A stretch of DNA of 64,000 bases, taken from Antedon mediterranea (Eukaryota; Animalia; Echinodermata). The stretch lies in the NCBI RefSeq assembly GCF_964355755.1, contig NC_092674.1, positions 10,788,001 through 10,852,000 of the forward strand, read 5' to 3'. This document shows, piece by piece, positions 14,379 through 27,869 of this stretch. Numbering within the stretch: position 1 is the stretch's first letter; the number at the start of each line of letters is the position of its first letter. Under the pieces are notes generated by a model. The model was not told where the DNA came from. It saw nothing but the letters and a program-made list of their open reading frames with translations, and did no database searches. The position numbers were made by a program, and so were the translations under genes.

Positions 14379-14524
14379 CTCATTTTCACCATCAAATTTA
14401 AGTCCGTCTAACGTGCGGTCAAATATTAGCCTACTCGCTTGTAAGTCAACTGGTGACTGATTCTTTCCATCCATGCACATTTTCCAAAGACCCTTCCCTC
14501 GTAAAGTGGACCATTTTTCCGGTC
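14379..14524 (-). CDS. CA-related protein, coding exon 3
   Basis: 146 bp, polypyrimidine-CAG acceptor and GTAGGA donor, phase 1/0; (G)PEKW...WKMCMDGKNQSPVDLQASRLIFD matches the alpha-CA GPxxW and CxxGKxQSPVD motifs; splices in frame to exon 4. Confidence 0.93.
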
Positions 14525-14615
14525 CTGAAGAAAAAAGAAATCAGTAATGGTTTAGTATTATATTACAATGATAATTAAAACATTATTTTATAAACTACTG
14601 GTGTTCACACAAATT

Positions 14616-16048
14616 TTTCACACAAGATGGTTCTACAAGGCAGTCAAACATAGTTTCACACTAGATGGTTCTACCAAGGCAGTCAAACATAGTTTCACAC
14701 TAGATGGTTCTACCACCAAGGCAGTCAAACATAGTTTCACACTAGATGGTTCTACCAAGGCAGTCAAACATAGTTTCACACTAGATGGTTCTACCAAGGC
14801 AGTCAAACATAGTTTCACATTAGATGATTCTACCAAGGCAGTCAAACATAGTTTCACACTAGATGGTTCTACCAAGGCAGTCAAACATAGTTTCACATTA
14901 GATGGTTCTACCAAGGCAGTCAAACATAGTTTCACAATGATGGTTCTACCAAGGCAGTCAAACATAGTTTCACACTAGATGGTTCTACCAAGGCAGTCAA
15001 ACATAGTTTCACATTAGATGGTTCTACCAAGGCAGTCAAACATAGTTTCACACTAGATGGTTCTACCAAGGCAGTCAAATATAGTTTCACATTAGATGGT
15101 TCTACCAAGGCAGTCAAACATAGTTTCACACTAGATGGTTCTACCAAGGCAGTCAAACATAGTTTCACAATGATGGTTCTACCAAGGCAGTCAAACATAG
15201 TTTCACACTAGATGGTTCTACCAAGGCAGTCAAACATAGTTTCACACTAGATGGTTCTACCAAGGCAGTCAAACATAGTTTCACATTAGATGGTTCTACC
15301 AAGGCAGTCAAACATAGTTTCACATTAGATGGTTCTACCAAGGCAGTCGAACATAGTTTCACATTAGATGGTTCTACCAAGGCAGTCAAACATAGTTTCA
15401 CACTAGATGGTTCTACCAAGGCAGTCAAACATAGTTTCACACTAGATGGTTCTACCAAGGCAGTCAAACATAGTTTCACACTAGATAGTTCTACCAAGGC
15501 AGTCAAACATAGTTTCACACTAGATGGTTCTACAAGGCAGTCACACACATTGTTTCACAATGATGGTTCTACCAAGGCAGTCAAACATAGTTTCACACTA
15601 GATGGTTCTACCAAGGCAGTCAAACATAGTTTCACACTAGATGGTTCTACCAAGGCAGTCAAACATAGTTTCACACTAGATGGTTCTACCAAGGCAGTCA
15701 AACATAGTTTCACATTAGATGGTTCTACCAAGGCAGTCAAACATAGTTTCACACTAGATGGTTCTACCAAGGCAGTCAAACATAGTTTCACACTAGATGG
15801 TTCTACCAAGGCAGTCAAACATAGTTTCACACTAGATGGTTCTACCAAGCCAGTCAAACATAGTTTCACACTAGATGGTTCTACCAAGGCAGTCAAACAT
15901 AGTTTCACACTAGATGGTTCTACCAAGGCAGTCAAACATAGTTTCACACTAGATGGTTCTACCAAGGCAGTCAAACATAGTTTCACACTCAGATGGTTCT
16001 ACCAAGGCAGTCAAACATAGTTTCACACTAGATGGTTCTACCAAGGCA
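14616..16048. repeat. 39-bp minisatellite, about 36 near-identical units
   Basis: AGATGGTTCTACCAAGGCAGTCAAACATAGTTTCACACT in tandem with no spacers. Confidence 0.97.
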
Positions 16049-18127
16049 ATTTAAGATATTTTCCATATCCCAAAAAGAAGCATGGCTTTCAGTTAAGCAT
16101 ATTCAAATCAAATACTTTATGGATAAAGCAAGTAAAGCAATTTAAAGCAACATATCTTTATGCATAGGTATAATAATAATGCGATGTGGAGAAATCGACG
16201 ATAGTTTTTGCTGATCATTCTGAATTATCCAACATATCAACAGTTTATACTACAGCAGTATGATCTGAAAATGTATATCTAGCTGCTCATCTACCAGTCA
16301 TAATAATCAGACTCGAAGAAGTTCACCAGTGGTCTAGCCGATTTTCACATTTTAACATGTTTAGGAGGTTATTCCCGAAACTGTATTCCGTCATTATTAA
16401 GGTTTTAAGACCCCATTTTCATTGTTTTCATGTATTATTCATACAATTTGTTGATTATTGTTTCTTATTTCAGCTATATTGAAATTTTTTCGTACAACAG
16501 GTGCCTAGGAATCTAGTAACATAATTCCATGATCATAATTTATCATTGGCGTCCTGCACTCGGCGAATACCGTGTCTGAAATTGGTTTCAAAATGCAGCG
16601 TGCAGGAGTTCGACTAATCCATCATACTCTATATGATCAATAACAGTTATAATATATAATAAATATTTATAACATATTCATAAGTCTTTAGTTCAATCAA
16701 GCAGCATAGTTATAAGATTGGAAATATCGTTAGATTGATATCAACATAATTTGAATCTCAAATGTATGACTTCTGTTGATTATAGGATATTTGTAGGCCT
16801 CTACAGTTATGAAATCTAATGAATGTTGATATGTTTCTAGTGGCGCCAGAAACTAAACTGTCACTTGATTAAATATTGTAGTTAATATGAGAAAAAAAAT
16901 GAATTTCGGAAATTGAAAAATAATTTAGGAATTTATATAATAATTAAGGCATGTTTTTTTAAAAAATAGAATCTATATTCTCATTCAATGTTTTTTTTAA
17001 ATTGATCAGAACAGACAATTCTTGACTAACCTTGGCCAATCGTAATATAATAATTTTACCACATCATGAAATCGGATGTGTTTTGAAAGCGGTCTCTATA
17101 AATCAACTTGCTGTATTTTGTAAGGAGGACCTAGACCAGACGTTCCAACCCCGAAATTAACAATTTCGGGAGGTTAACTTATTTTTAACAAAGTTGAAAT
17201 GTTTTAACAGATTTGACGCATTTCAAATTGTCACAAAATACATTGCGCTACCGCAATTTCAATGTTTACGCATTCTAGTAACTAATGGTATATAATCATG
17301 TATTTATATAGAAATAACTTCTAAAAAACAGGTTGGAACACTGCTGGTCGGTTGTGTGTTTTTGTTTAGCTAATGACATACCATACAAAATACTATAAAA
17401 GTGGATTTTATAACCCAATTTTAAAACGCGACTGGTTGCATTTACAATCGGTTAGTACAATTGACCAAAATTACCACCCTGTCCTGGTCAATGACATCTC
17501 CGTCTGACTAGTCTAGGCTAGTTAGTTCTATCAGTAAAAGTAGTGAGGGGATTTACAAGTATTCAAACAATGTCAACAACACAGTTCTGATATGTCTGTT
17601 AAAATGCCTATAATGCGTATAATATATATATTTTTTTCTATTCATATACAAAGTAAATACCGGCTCGATAGTTAAGACCTCGATGGCTCCGAGTGGGGTA
17701 GCAATGAGGTATGACCCCGGCAGTTGCAGAATCGATTCTCTGCTTGAAGATTTTTTAGAGAGAGATTATTTAGAGGGTTGGGTTTAGTTATATTTAGAAA
17801 CCACTTTTATATTTAGAAAATAGGTCAACCAATTACAACACAGTTGACATATGTTCTTTGATGAGAGGGGTAGTACTACAATAGTACTGTAGGCCTACTA
17901 TTTCTAGTAGACTAGGTTCTAGTATGTGTATAGGTCTATTTCGTAGGCCTTAGGAGAAAAGCACAGGACAGTAGTAGTACTACTGTCAGACTATCGATAG
18001 TAATATGCCTACTCTACTTACTACACTTTCTACTCTAGCTTAATAAAGTAGGCTACTAGGCTAGTACTCTACTAGGAGCTAGCCTACTTACATACTAGGC
18101 CTATACTACATTACATTTACCATACTA

Positions 18128-19337
18128 TGGCGCTAGTTCCGTTTCGCACCTGTTTTTATTTCGACTTCCTTTTGACTCCAAATTGTTAAGCAACTTATTG
18201 TGAATACCACACCTTAAAATTGGGCCTCATAAGTACTTTTATGAAGAAGAATCACATAAAAAGTAACAAATAAATCCTTAAATTGATGATTTTACAGACA
18301 TCTCGGACCCGTGGACACCCATATAAACTCAAGTTTAAAAGCTCTCGTCTTAATATTAGGGAGAGTTATTCTCTTATGGAATACTCTGCCTATGGATGTA
18401 GTTTCATGTGCTACGGTGAACTTGTTCAAAGCAAAACTTAACGTCGCATGGTCTAACCACCCGCTGAAGTTTTCACCCTAGGCCTATATAGAATATGATT
18501 TTATTGCTAAGAGGGGCTTTTAAGCACTGAGTGCTTCGCCTCGATCCCGTAGACGAAAGTGTACGGGAAACAAGTAAACAAGTAAGTAAATGATTCTGCT
18601 GGCATACCGTTCGCGAATTTAGCATACTCGAAGTTCAATATTTTCGTTTCTATGGAGCGCCAAAAGAGCAACAACAATAGATGGTTAAAAACTCAGTGGA
18701 ATGCGTCTTCTTTTAATGCATTTATTATTGAAATACACGTTTAATTTTAATATATTTTGTCAATAAAAATGCTGTAACATTTTACTGCTAATAATTTGCT
18801 GTTTTCAAATAGCAACCAACCCTAGGCCTAACTAAGAGTAAGACTAGGCTATAGACTATAAGAGGAATATTATTTAGATCAGGTATACCCCCTACAGCAG
18901 TACATGTAATATGATGATGCATTTGTCGATTTTCATTCCTAAAATAAAAGTTCCTGCAAAAAGCATGTACAGTATCAACAGTAATATTTTTGTTGCATTG
19001 ACATTGACAAAGTATGATAAAATTGAACGTAATTTTCATCAATAAATGCATTAAATATACGCAATTTACTGAGTTTTTAGCCCTCTATTATGATTGCTCT
19101 TTTGGCGCTCCATAGAAACAACAACATTGAACATGGAGTATGCGAAATTCACAAACCGATGTGCGAGAAACACGTCTGTAAATTCATCAATTTAAAGGAT
19201 TTATTTTTTATTTTTTGTGTGATCTCCTTCGTAAAAGTATTTTTGAGGCCTAATTCTAAGGTGTGGTACTCACGATAAAGTTTCTTAACCAATTTTGAGT
19301 CGAAATAAACGACAGGTGCGAAACGGAACTAGCGCCA
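18128..19337. mobile_element. 1.2-kb non-autonomous foldback DNA transposon
   Basis: TIR TGGCGCTAGTTCCGTTTCGCACCTGT at both ends, CTA directly repeated outside; inverted similarity continues inward (about 18648-18698 vs 19068-19120). Confidence 0.8.
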
Positions 19338-20002
19338 CTATTATTACTAACAAACTAGGCTAGGCCGGGTATTAGGCCTAATCAATACTTAGTAGGATTT
19401 AGGGCTAGAGCTAGTTAGAGGTGTCACTGTCATCTGGTGGGTATTTCCCACCAGATGACACTACACTTCAAGTTTTGGATTGTTTACAACTAGCGCCCTC
19501 TGCGGTAAAAAACTGTTGAAACTTTTTTTTAGGAAGTAAAGGTCACGAATATCATTGAAATGACACGTATATTCCCTCTTTCAAGCGTTCGGCAATGTAG
19601 ATAGGAGAAATTTACCAATGTTGTACTGGTAGAACAGAAGTAAAAAGAAGACAATATAAAATACCGGGAAAGTACGTTGATGATATTGATACACATGTTC
19701 TTAGGCGCCAAACTGCTGCAGTTCACTGTTGTTTTGTATTCCGAAAACTTAAAAGCACTTATCACTAACTAATAATTTCATCATGAAGAATAAGTAACAT
19801 GTCGCCAAATAGATTATGAGAATGATCGGCAGATGAAAAGGATAACATGACATAATGCACTTGATTTTACCATACTATCTACAAAGTGTTTTAAGCTTAG
19901 AATATATTGATTATCAACAAAGAAATGTGACACAATCTAGAGACAATTCACATTCAAATCAAATTATTGTAAAATATCCTCTTGTCACATTTAGCACAAG
20001 GG

Positions 20003-20533
20003 TCTAGTTCCATAATATGACTATGCGACCAAAAGTACAATGAAAATATCAAAGTATGTTTGTTTATTGAATTTGCGTTATTATTAGTGAAATAAATGTG
20101 AGACTTTCCATAGAGTTCAACACATTATAATTGTCCACACTTGCGCGCGTAAAAAAAAGAGCATGGAGTGTAAAAGTGATCGGATGCGCGTAATTACTAT
20201 AACAACTACGCAGTTAGACGCCCTTCCTGTTGTACGATTTTATCGCGCACTCTAGTGTGTCTAGTTCCATAATATGACTATTCGACCAAAAGTACAATGA
20301 CAATATCAAAGTGTGTTTGTTTATTGAATTTGGATTATTAGTGAAATGAATGTGAGGCTTTCCATGCATAGAGTTCAACACATTATAATTGTCGATCCAC
20401 ACTTCTTGCGCGTAAAAATAAAGAGCGTGTAGTGTAAAATCGGATCGGATGCGCGCAATTACTATAACAACGTACAGGAAGGGCGTCTAACTGCGTAGTT
20501 AGACGCTCATCCTGTACGACTCGCGCACTCTAG
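20003..20533 (+). mobile_element. Two head-to-tail Helitron-like units (20003-20255, 20260-20533)
   Basis: Direct repeat of about 255-275 bp; each unit starts TC and ends CTAG followed by T; subterminal hairpin in unit 2. Confidence 0.6.
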
Positions 20534-21747
20534 TAACAGCTAACACCCAAGAGTAACAAAAAATTTAGAAAACGAACAAATGTAGGCTAATTTTGCAAGC
20601 TTATGTTAGCTACATTACATCAATGGTTTATATTATAAATCTGGGGTAAACTATTCAAATAAATGAGAATCGCAATGTAATAAGCTACCACACTTTAACT
20701 ATCTATCTGATGAGTGCCGCGTGGCCCATGTTCGATCATCTACTATATAGCTACTTATCAATAAATATATCATCACTATTTTAGCAAACAGTGTAAAATA
20801 CAAGGATGACACAGAAACTGTCCTAGATTGTTCACGTGACCGAATCGTTACAGTGTCGCGACGCGAAGTAAAATTTGTCAAAATAACTAATGAAAAGCAT
20901 GAAATTCATCCACGCATAAACATAGAAATATTTGTATGAAAAATGAGATCAAAATAAATCAAAAGTACCGTACTCGTAGTCTTATAATTTTGTCTAGCCT
21001 GCTTAATAATTTCGGTAATCCCGTTACTAACTAAAATCAAAATCTTGTAAATGCCAAAGTCTACGTACATGTATGTTATATGTGTAAATGTTTACACCTT
21101 TGTTACCGTATTCCTCTAGAGAACGTATGGAATGGCAAGAATGATACAAATCTGCTGGATTTAAAAATAACCGAAACTAAAACATATTATAAAACACCTA
21201 AATAAACTCTGTCATTTGATTTGACGATTGTGAGTCACATGGCATGCAATAGTACGCACTATTGAACGATCCTTCAATAGTACTTTTTTTTCGTGTACGA
21301 CAAAAAAACCTATCGCGTTTGGAAAATGTTTTTTTTTATACTATTACTTTTGAAATACAATAGCGCCGCCTATTTTGTACTTCCACCGGGAAGATGAGTG
21401 ATGACTGATATCGCGATGGAAGTACTGGTATCGCTGCCTTTTCTAGTCTCCACGCTAGGTTAATAGGCGCTTTAGTCTAGCTAGACCTAGGATTATTTGG
21501 TCGTTTGTTGACATAATTAACACTTCAGTAGGTGTGTTTATAAAATCCAATTAGATATAATATTAAATATATTATTAAAAACCAAATAAATAATACTCTT
21601 TTAATGTGAATCAATCAAAATGTAGGCATCTAGGCCTACCTTTTATTCAATCTGATTTAAATGATAAGAATCTATTTAGATGTAAGTTATATAAAACAAA
21701 TAATGAATGTATTATATAGTAGTGTAATAGTAGGCCTACAAATAATG

Positions 21748-21870
21748 GCATTGGGTGAATGATGAAAAAAAGTTATATTTCAACTCGGCTTTGCCTTGTT
21801 GAAATATAACCTTTTAACATTCACCTGTACCATTACACTCATAAACATTCATCATTGGTATAATATAACA
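21748..21870. mobile_element. Crypton-like palindromic non-autonomous element fragment
   Basis: GTTATATTTCAAC-TCGGCTTTGCCTT-GTTGAAATATAAC hairpin with flanking inverted similarity; family assignment from recall. Confidence 0.4.
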
Positions 21871-24439
21871 TTTGTCATACATTATCTTAAACTGCCTTTT
21901 TTAACAGATGCATTCAAACGCTTCTTTTAATCGCTAGAAACTCGCGTGTATTATTCGATTGAAATCACTTTTCTCATGACCAAAACAACACTGGCTCGTG
22001 GTTTACTATTTCTCCTCATCGAGTAATGAGCGAGTAATGTTCTCGTTATGCTGATGCTGAGTTGAAATTAAAATAATTAGTTAAAGATAAAATATTATGA
22101 CAAACGCAGTGATTACAGATTATTTCGTGTATTTCGATGAAATATCTCACGCCAGCAGCATCACAATTTATCCGATTTATTAGGCTCGTTTATTTTTATT
22201 GAACAAGAAGTAGGCCACTGATGATGTGGCCAGAATAGCGAAGCTGGCGTGCGACTGATATAGAAAAAGGCCGCGAGATCAACACTTGTTATTATGGTGT
22301 TAATAGCCGAGTGCCCGTTGAAAATTGAACAGGTCAAATTTTTAAATTCAAAGTGGTAAAGGTAAATTGCTAATGGTTTTATGCACTTAGGCCTAACATG
22401 GTATTGAGTGCCAATAGAAAATTGTAGATCGAACATTCGAAATTATGTTATTGAACGGTTATGTATGGTTTTATCAGGAGAGTGCCAAAGTGCACAGGTC
22501 AACCGGTCGAATCGTCTGACATTACTGATTTGATGGTAAAGTAGGCCTAAGTACGCGCAAAATAAGTATTAGGCCTGTTGAAACATTGTAAGATAAAGTC
22601 GTGTACGTTCGTTCACATTCAACATTATTCAATATTGGTTTCGAGAAAAAAAGAAAAAGAAGAACATTTAAATCAAATATAAAATAAGACCATTATTACC
22701 ATCAAGATTAGAAGTATTTTGTACATGTATAATCTTGTTCCTAGAAAAAATATAGACACAATAATTTGAAATTAAGGTAGCAACAGAGAAAAGCCTATAT
22801 TTGTCGGTGTTTCTTAAAATTATTATTAGAAACCTCACCATTCTCTGCAGTATTAGGCCTAACTCTAACACTGCGGTTGTATTTTGCAATTCGGGACATG
22901 AACAGTGTCTGGACGCGATAATTAACCATGGTTATGATCATCTAATTAGGCCTACAGTTGAAATAATGCTGTTACTATTATTTCGTTTTATTAACAATCT
23001 AAATCACGGTTGACTGATTCATTGAAATGACGCAAACATTGTTCTACTTCAGAGAAAGCCCGAAAGTCATTAGAAAACGATAAAAATACGATTTCTCTTA
23101 GGCAGACAATCGCAAATATCTGACTACTTAAATCATTCCATGAATCAGTGTTGTTACTAATGTTTCAGAGTAACACACATCTAAAAATATCACTTAAAAA
23201 GTATCCAAATTTCATCCAAATACATTAACAAATTTGAATCCGAAATCATTGATTTATCTACTGCCTCTGTACTCGGCTAAATTTAATTCAATTTTTAGGA
23301 ATGGCATCAACAGAGCAATTAGAGCAGTTGTTATCAATACATAGGTAGGACCCGTTCGGGTTTGTTACACGAGTAAGTTGGTTCTTACCCCCTGAAGTTA
23401 GCAGTAACTGTTCCCATGAAACCAACTTACTAAGCCTAAACGAACCTATATTTATGGCTCTGCAATGGCTCAACAAACTCACATTTTTGTTCCTTTGTTT
23501 TACAAAAAGTTGTTTTGTACTTTTGCTTGATTGTATGTTTGGCTAAGTAGGCCTAGGCCTATACAGAATTTTGAAACACAAATTTTACCCAAAGTTCCGT
23601 ATTAGACTAGTTCCAATACGACTTGCCTTTTAAATTACTACTGTATAAGGGGAGCACTAAAGAGCTAACCGGCAAATATAGGCAACATTTACATGTTTTT
23701 ACAAGAAGACTTACAATCTATTTTATTAAAGTGATTTTAATCCGTTGACCACCAGTATAATCACACGTTCAAACGCATTTGAAAATGGTGGTCAACTGAG
23801 GCCTATATTTCTTTTTAGTTTGATTTCAAACTATACGTTTTTATAACATTTAGCGGTATTATATTGGTTTCCATCTTTCTTTTCTTCTTCTCCGATAGAT
23901 AATCTTTCCTTTCCGTGACAAATGTGTTGCTAGACATGTCACACATTCAATTTGGAAATGGTGAGTGTGCGTCTATACTGAGTGTCAGTCACTTTACGAG
24001 GGTTTTTTTTATTTCCCACTTTTCTAGAATTCAATAAATTTTACTAAAACTATCAAAGTTTTTACAACCTCTAACGGTAATATTATTTTTATTTTAATCT
24101 TTCTTCTCTTTTCCGATATTATAATCTTTCTTTGCCATGACAAATGTGTTATTCTAGGCACGGAATATGTGGTCTTTAAATAGATTTAAAATAACTGTCT
24201 AAAACTGGTCAATAAACGCTATTATTGTCTGTTTATCAACGTTCGTGTATAATGTTCGTTCAGTTGCGCTAGTTTCAGATCTGCATTGTTCCCACACGTA
24301 CCGGAAATTGAACTATGGCCACGGTGTCTGTACATTGTTTGAATGCGACGAAAAGAGTTTTATTTCTTCCATGATTAGATATTGTATTGAAAGAATAACC
24401 ATCAAAGGTTACAATAAAAATACAAAGTGTCCACCCCTT

Positions 24440-24705
24440 AATATGGGTTAACCGTTGTCCCTTGTTCGTGTCCCTAAAGCGTCCACCCAGGCAAATTATA
24501 AACAATAAAACCCCTATTAAGGAAATACTTTCACGACCCAACAAAGTGTACTTTTATATAGGGTATCTTTTGAATATGGATGGGCCGAGTGCACGTTAAA
24601 ACACAAATCACCACTCAAACCCACCCCAATCCGTTTTTAAAAGAGAATCGTCCATTTTAATAGTCGATTCTCTGAAAAAAAAAGTCTCCAAGGAGGGGTT
24701 ACTGT
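24440..24705. mobile_element. pogo/Tc1-like MITE fragment; related fragment at about 4105-4348
   Basis: Ends GGAGGGGTTACTG|TA; both copies share CCCAACAAAGTGT and the GGAGGGGT..TACTG terminus. Confidence 0.4.
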
Positions 24706-26928
24706 ATCTACATTCTATATATTTCTTACCTTACCTTAATTTTAAATATGTTGCCTGGACCCCACATTTTAAAGCTTAAGCTTCCAGTGGGGTACCCTTT
24801 TTCTCATTTATTATCTAATACTTATTATCTATTACTTCTAGAAAATGTAACTGTATTTTGTTTTTATTTGAGAAATAAAATTTATTTATTGATTGATTGA
24901 TAAAATTATAAAACAAAATAATTCCTCTCCATTGCCGATATTACGGTGTAATATAAACCATGTTACAATATTCTACCGTTACAGGTTAACCTAAGGGATC
25001 TATTGACAGCAGCCATTAGCTTGTCAATACCCTGTGACAGCCAATAACAACATATCGATCCCAGTCAATATTTGCCCGGTATTGTAAAGTCATTATTACA
25101 GAACAAACTGCCTTTTGCATGTGATTGAAATGCAGATTGCGTTATAATTCCTTCGAGTACTAAATGATGTGGCCAATGCACTTCTCACAACGATATCGCT
25201 TAATTTGATGCTAATGATGATATAAATGAATATGATGCTAATTATTATTTGAATTAGTAAAAATAATAATTTATTATTAAAGCGAAACGACTCATACTTT
25301 ACTTTAAAACTGTATACGATTTTGTTTTACTTGATTCATAACTCCTCTGTTAAGTTCCTATTAAACCATGGGTATAAGGAGTATTTGGCAACACACGTCT
25401 TATTTTCACTATCGGAGTTAAATACAGGGTTACAATATATCTATATGTGTGGTATTAACGTTATATTGGATACTGTTAACCGATCACTTCGTCAGATGTA
25501 ACTCCGATTTGATTCGGATCAACTTAATTCCGTTATTGCACAATTAAATCTAGTGCGTGTACACAGGTTCTCACGCGCGTCTCTTATGATGCAGCAGACC
25601 TGTATCCGTCACTGATACGGCAGTGCCATGGCCATCCTCCTAACATTGCATAATAAGAACAGGTACCACATGTGATACATATATGACACAGTATTACAGA
25701 ATTTGAATACGATACTGTACTTATTATAATGTCATATTGAGATACAGCACAGAGAACAAGGCGCATTATTAGATATACAAACCTTTTAACAATAGAATTA
25801 CAGTATTTATATTGTGACGATGCTTTACGCAAGACGCCTATTACAAACTACATCAGAAAATTAATAAAATAACATGTCATAATCTAGGTGAAGTAGGTTA
25901 GAAGAAAGTATGACGCCAGTAAACCTATTACGGATACAAACACATATTAAACATATTTCAGATATAATAAAGGTATTAAAATCGCACCTAGATCACAAAT
26001 TATAGAACCGTTATAGCACTTTAACTTTTTTAGAAATATGACCGTTTCGATGTAATATTTGAATTACAAAATATCGACGACATGATTTAATGATGCGTTT
26101 TCATATTTAAGTAATGCAGTTGTTTGGGAGCGCGTGGATAAAATTCCTACGGATCCTAGTCGGACGGACGAACGAACGTTAATAGTTTAAATGCAACCTA
26201 CAAAAAAAGCCATTCAAATTCCACTATAATTCATTGGAGCGACCCAAATATTTTTAGGAGAATGTATATTTATCGTAAAAAGCACGTAAAAACATGTAAA
26301 TAATAAAAATAATCATACCTTTTACCAGAAAAGAAATAGAATCAACTGGATAATTAAAAAATAAGAACATTTTCATTATGTTTTAGAATATTGTAACTGA
26401 GCGTGCTAGGCCTATGTCAACCCGCTTTTTGTTGAGGAGTTATTATGGGGCTTGATTCGTAGCACGACATAACTAGTTCATTGGTTCTCTCTGAATCATC
26501 GCAAATTGAAATCTAATAGGCCTAATCTTAATTTAATTGATGTTTATACACGCTCTATCAGAGTTAAAGCGGTTTAACTTATTCCGCATAGATAGGCCTA
26601 TATCGGAGTTGTATCGGAGTTACACTTAGCGGTTGTGAACTCTGATTGACTCAAATACAGCATACACGCTATAGGCCTATGTGTGTTATTTTTGTTGTTT
26701 ATTTAAATTGTATTGTGCTATTTGTTTGGCTGAATAAAGAATGTAAATGAATTGGAATAATTTGAGACTAACAGGCCAACAAAGAATATACATTGTTAAT
26801 TATCATTTAAATTATAAGCCTCTAATCTGGATGCAAATTATAACATGTTTTGCATCTATTCTATTGCGGAATGGATCGCACGCCTCTACTTAGGTGTAAT
26901 TAAATCACGTTATTTTACATTGTTCTAT

Positions 26929-26964
26929 CATGGAGGTATAACATAATTATTTTATACCTCCATG
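26929..26964. mobile_element. 36-bp micro-MITE, P-element-like ends
   Basis: 13-bp TIR CATGGAGGTATAA with a perfect 7-bp flanking duplication GTTCTAT. Confidence 0.7.
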
Positions 26965-27779
26965 GTTCTATCACGAGACAATTAAAGCGCTGACTGGCAT
27001 GACCTAATTTCAACATGCAATTGTACATGAACAAAATAAATATGTTATGATCAAAAGTGTGTTTCTTTATTTACTCAATGCGCAGGTAAAAAATCAGGTA
27101 ATTTAAACATTAATGCGGTATGGCACGATTAAATGTCAGATTGTAATGTCCATTTCCTTTGTTTACTCAATGCGCGTAACTGGACAACTGTTTTGCATGT
27201 AAGGAATGTTCCCATAAATGTGTCGCTTTGATTAATGATGTTCTGATAGCAGATTGGTTTGTCAGAACTGAAAATATTTAGAAAACGTAGAGCGTACGGC
27301 GTGTATGGGACGTTTTTATCCCCCTGATTGTACTTACTGTAGTTCAATCTATCTCATAAATTGACAGGTTTTCAATTTCTAAATGGCTAAAAAAAAAATT
27401 TCAAATATACACATGCAATTTAGTTTGAAAATACTACCTACAAACGTATACACGTTTATATTGCGTTAGAAAAATGCTTGACGTATCAATCCTTTATTAA
27501 AAAGAGATTTGAAGCATTTTTTTTTATTGCGAACAACTTTCAATTTGCTAATGTATTCTGGGGTCACCGGTGCTGGGGTACAGGTAGTATAATACACAAT
27601 GTTGTAGGATAATTTTTTCAATGGTCTTTCGTAAATGATGATTAAACGTGGCGTTTGGTTAACACTTCTACTTGTACGCACAACGCAATGACGTATGCGT
27701 ACCAATCACAAACGACTGCTGTGATGTGTTGCTTACGTTGCAAGGACCAGGGAAAAGTGAATGTTAGACATTCTACAAT

Positions 27780-27869
27780 GCCATATAGGCCTACATGGCT
27801 GCAGTCGCGTGCTTAAGTTAGTGTTTACTGACCGACCGACCAACCGACCGACATGAGAGCTGTAGAGTA
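27780..27869 (-). mobile_element. HINE (Helentron/DINE-1-like) element
   Basis: CATGGCTGCAGTCGCGTGC...(CCGA)n...GAGCTGTAGAGT; same family as 53404-53522. Confidence 0.7.

Noticed and set aside
14568-16020. Repetitive ORFs (KAVKHSFTLDGST)n and possible CRISPR array
   Set aside because: Pure 39-bp tandem repeat without unique spacers; open frames on both strands follow from the unit being a multiple of 3; intronic, eukaryotic, no cas genes
19529-19765. Hydrophobic ORF as an alternative signal-peptide exon
   Set aside because: Its ATG frame ends in phase 0 and cannot join the phase-1 exon 3; the phase-1 frame has a stop and no ATG
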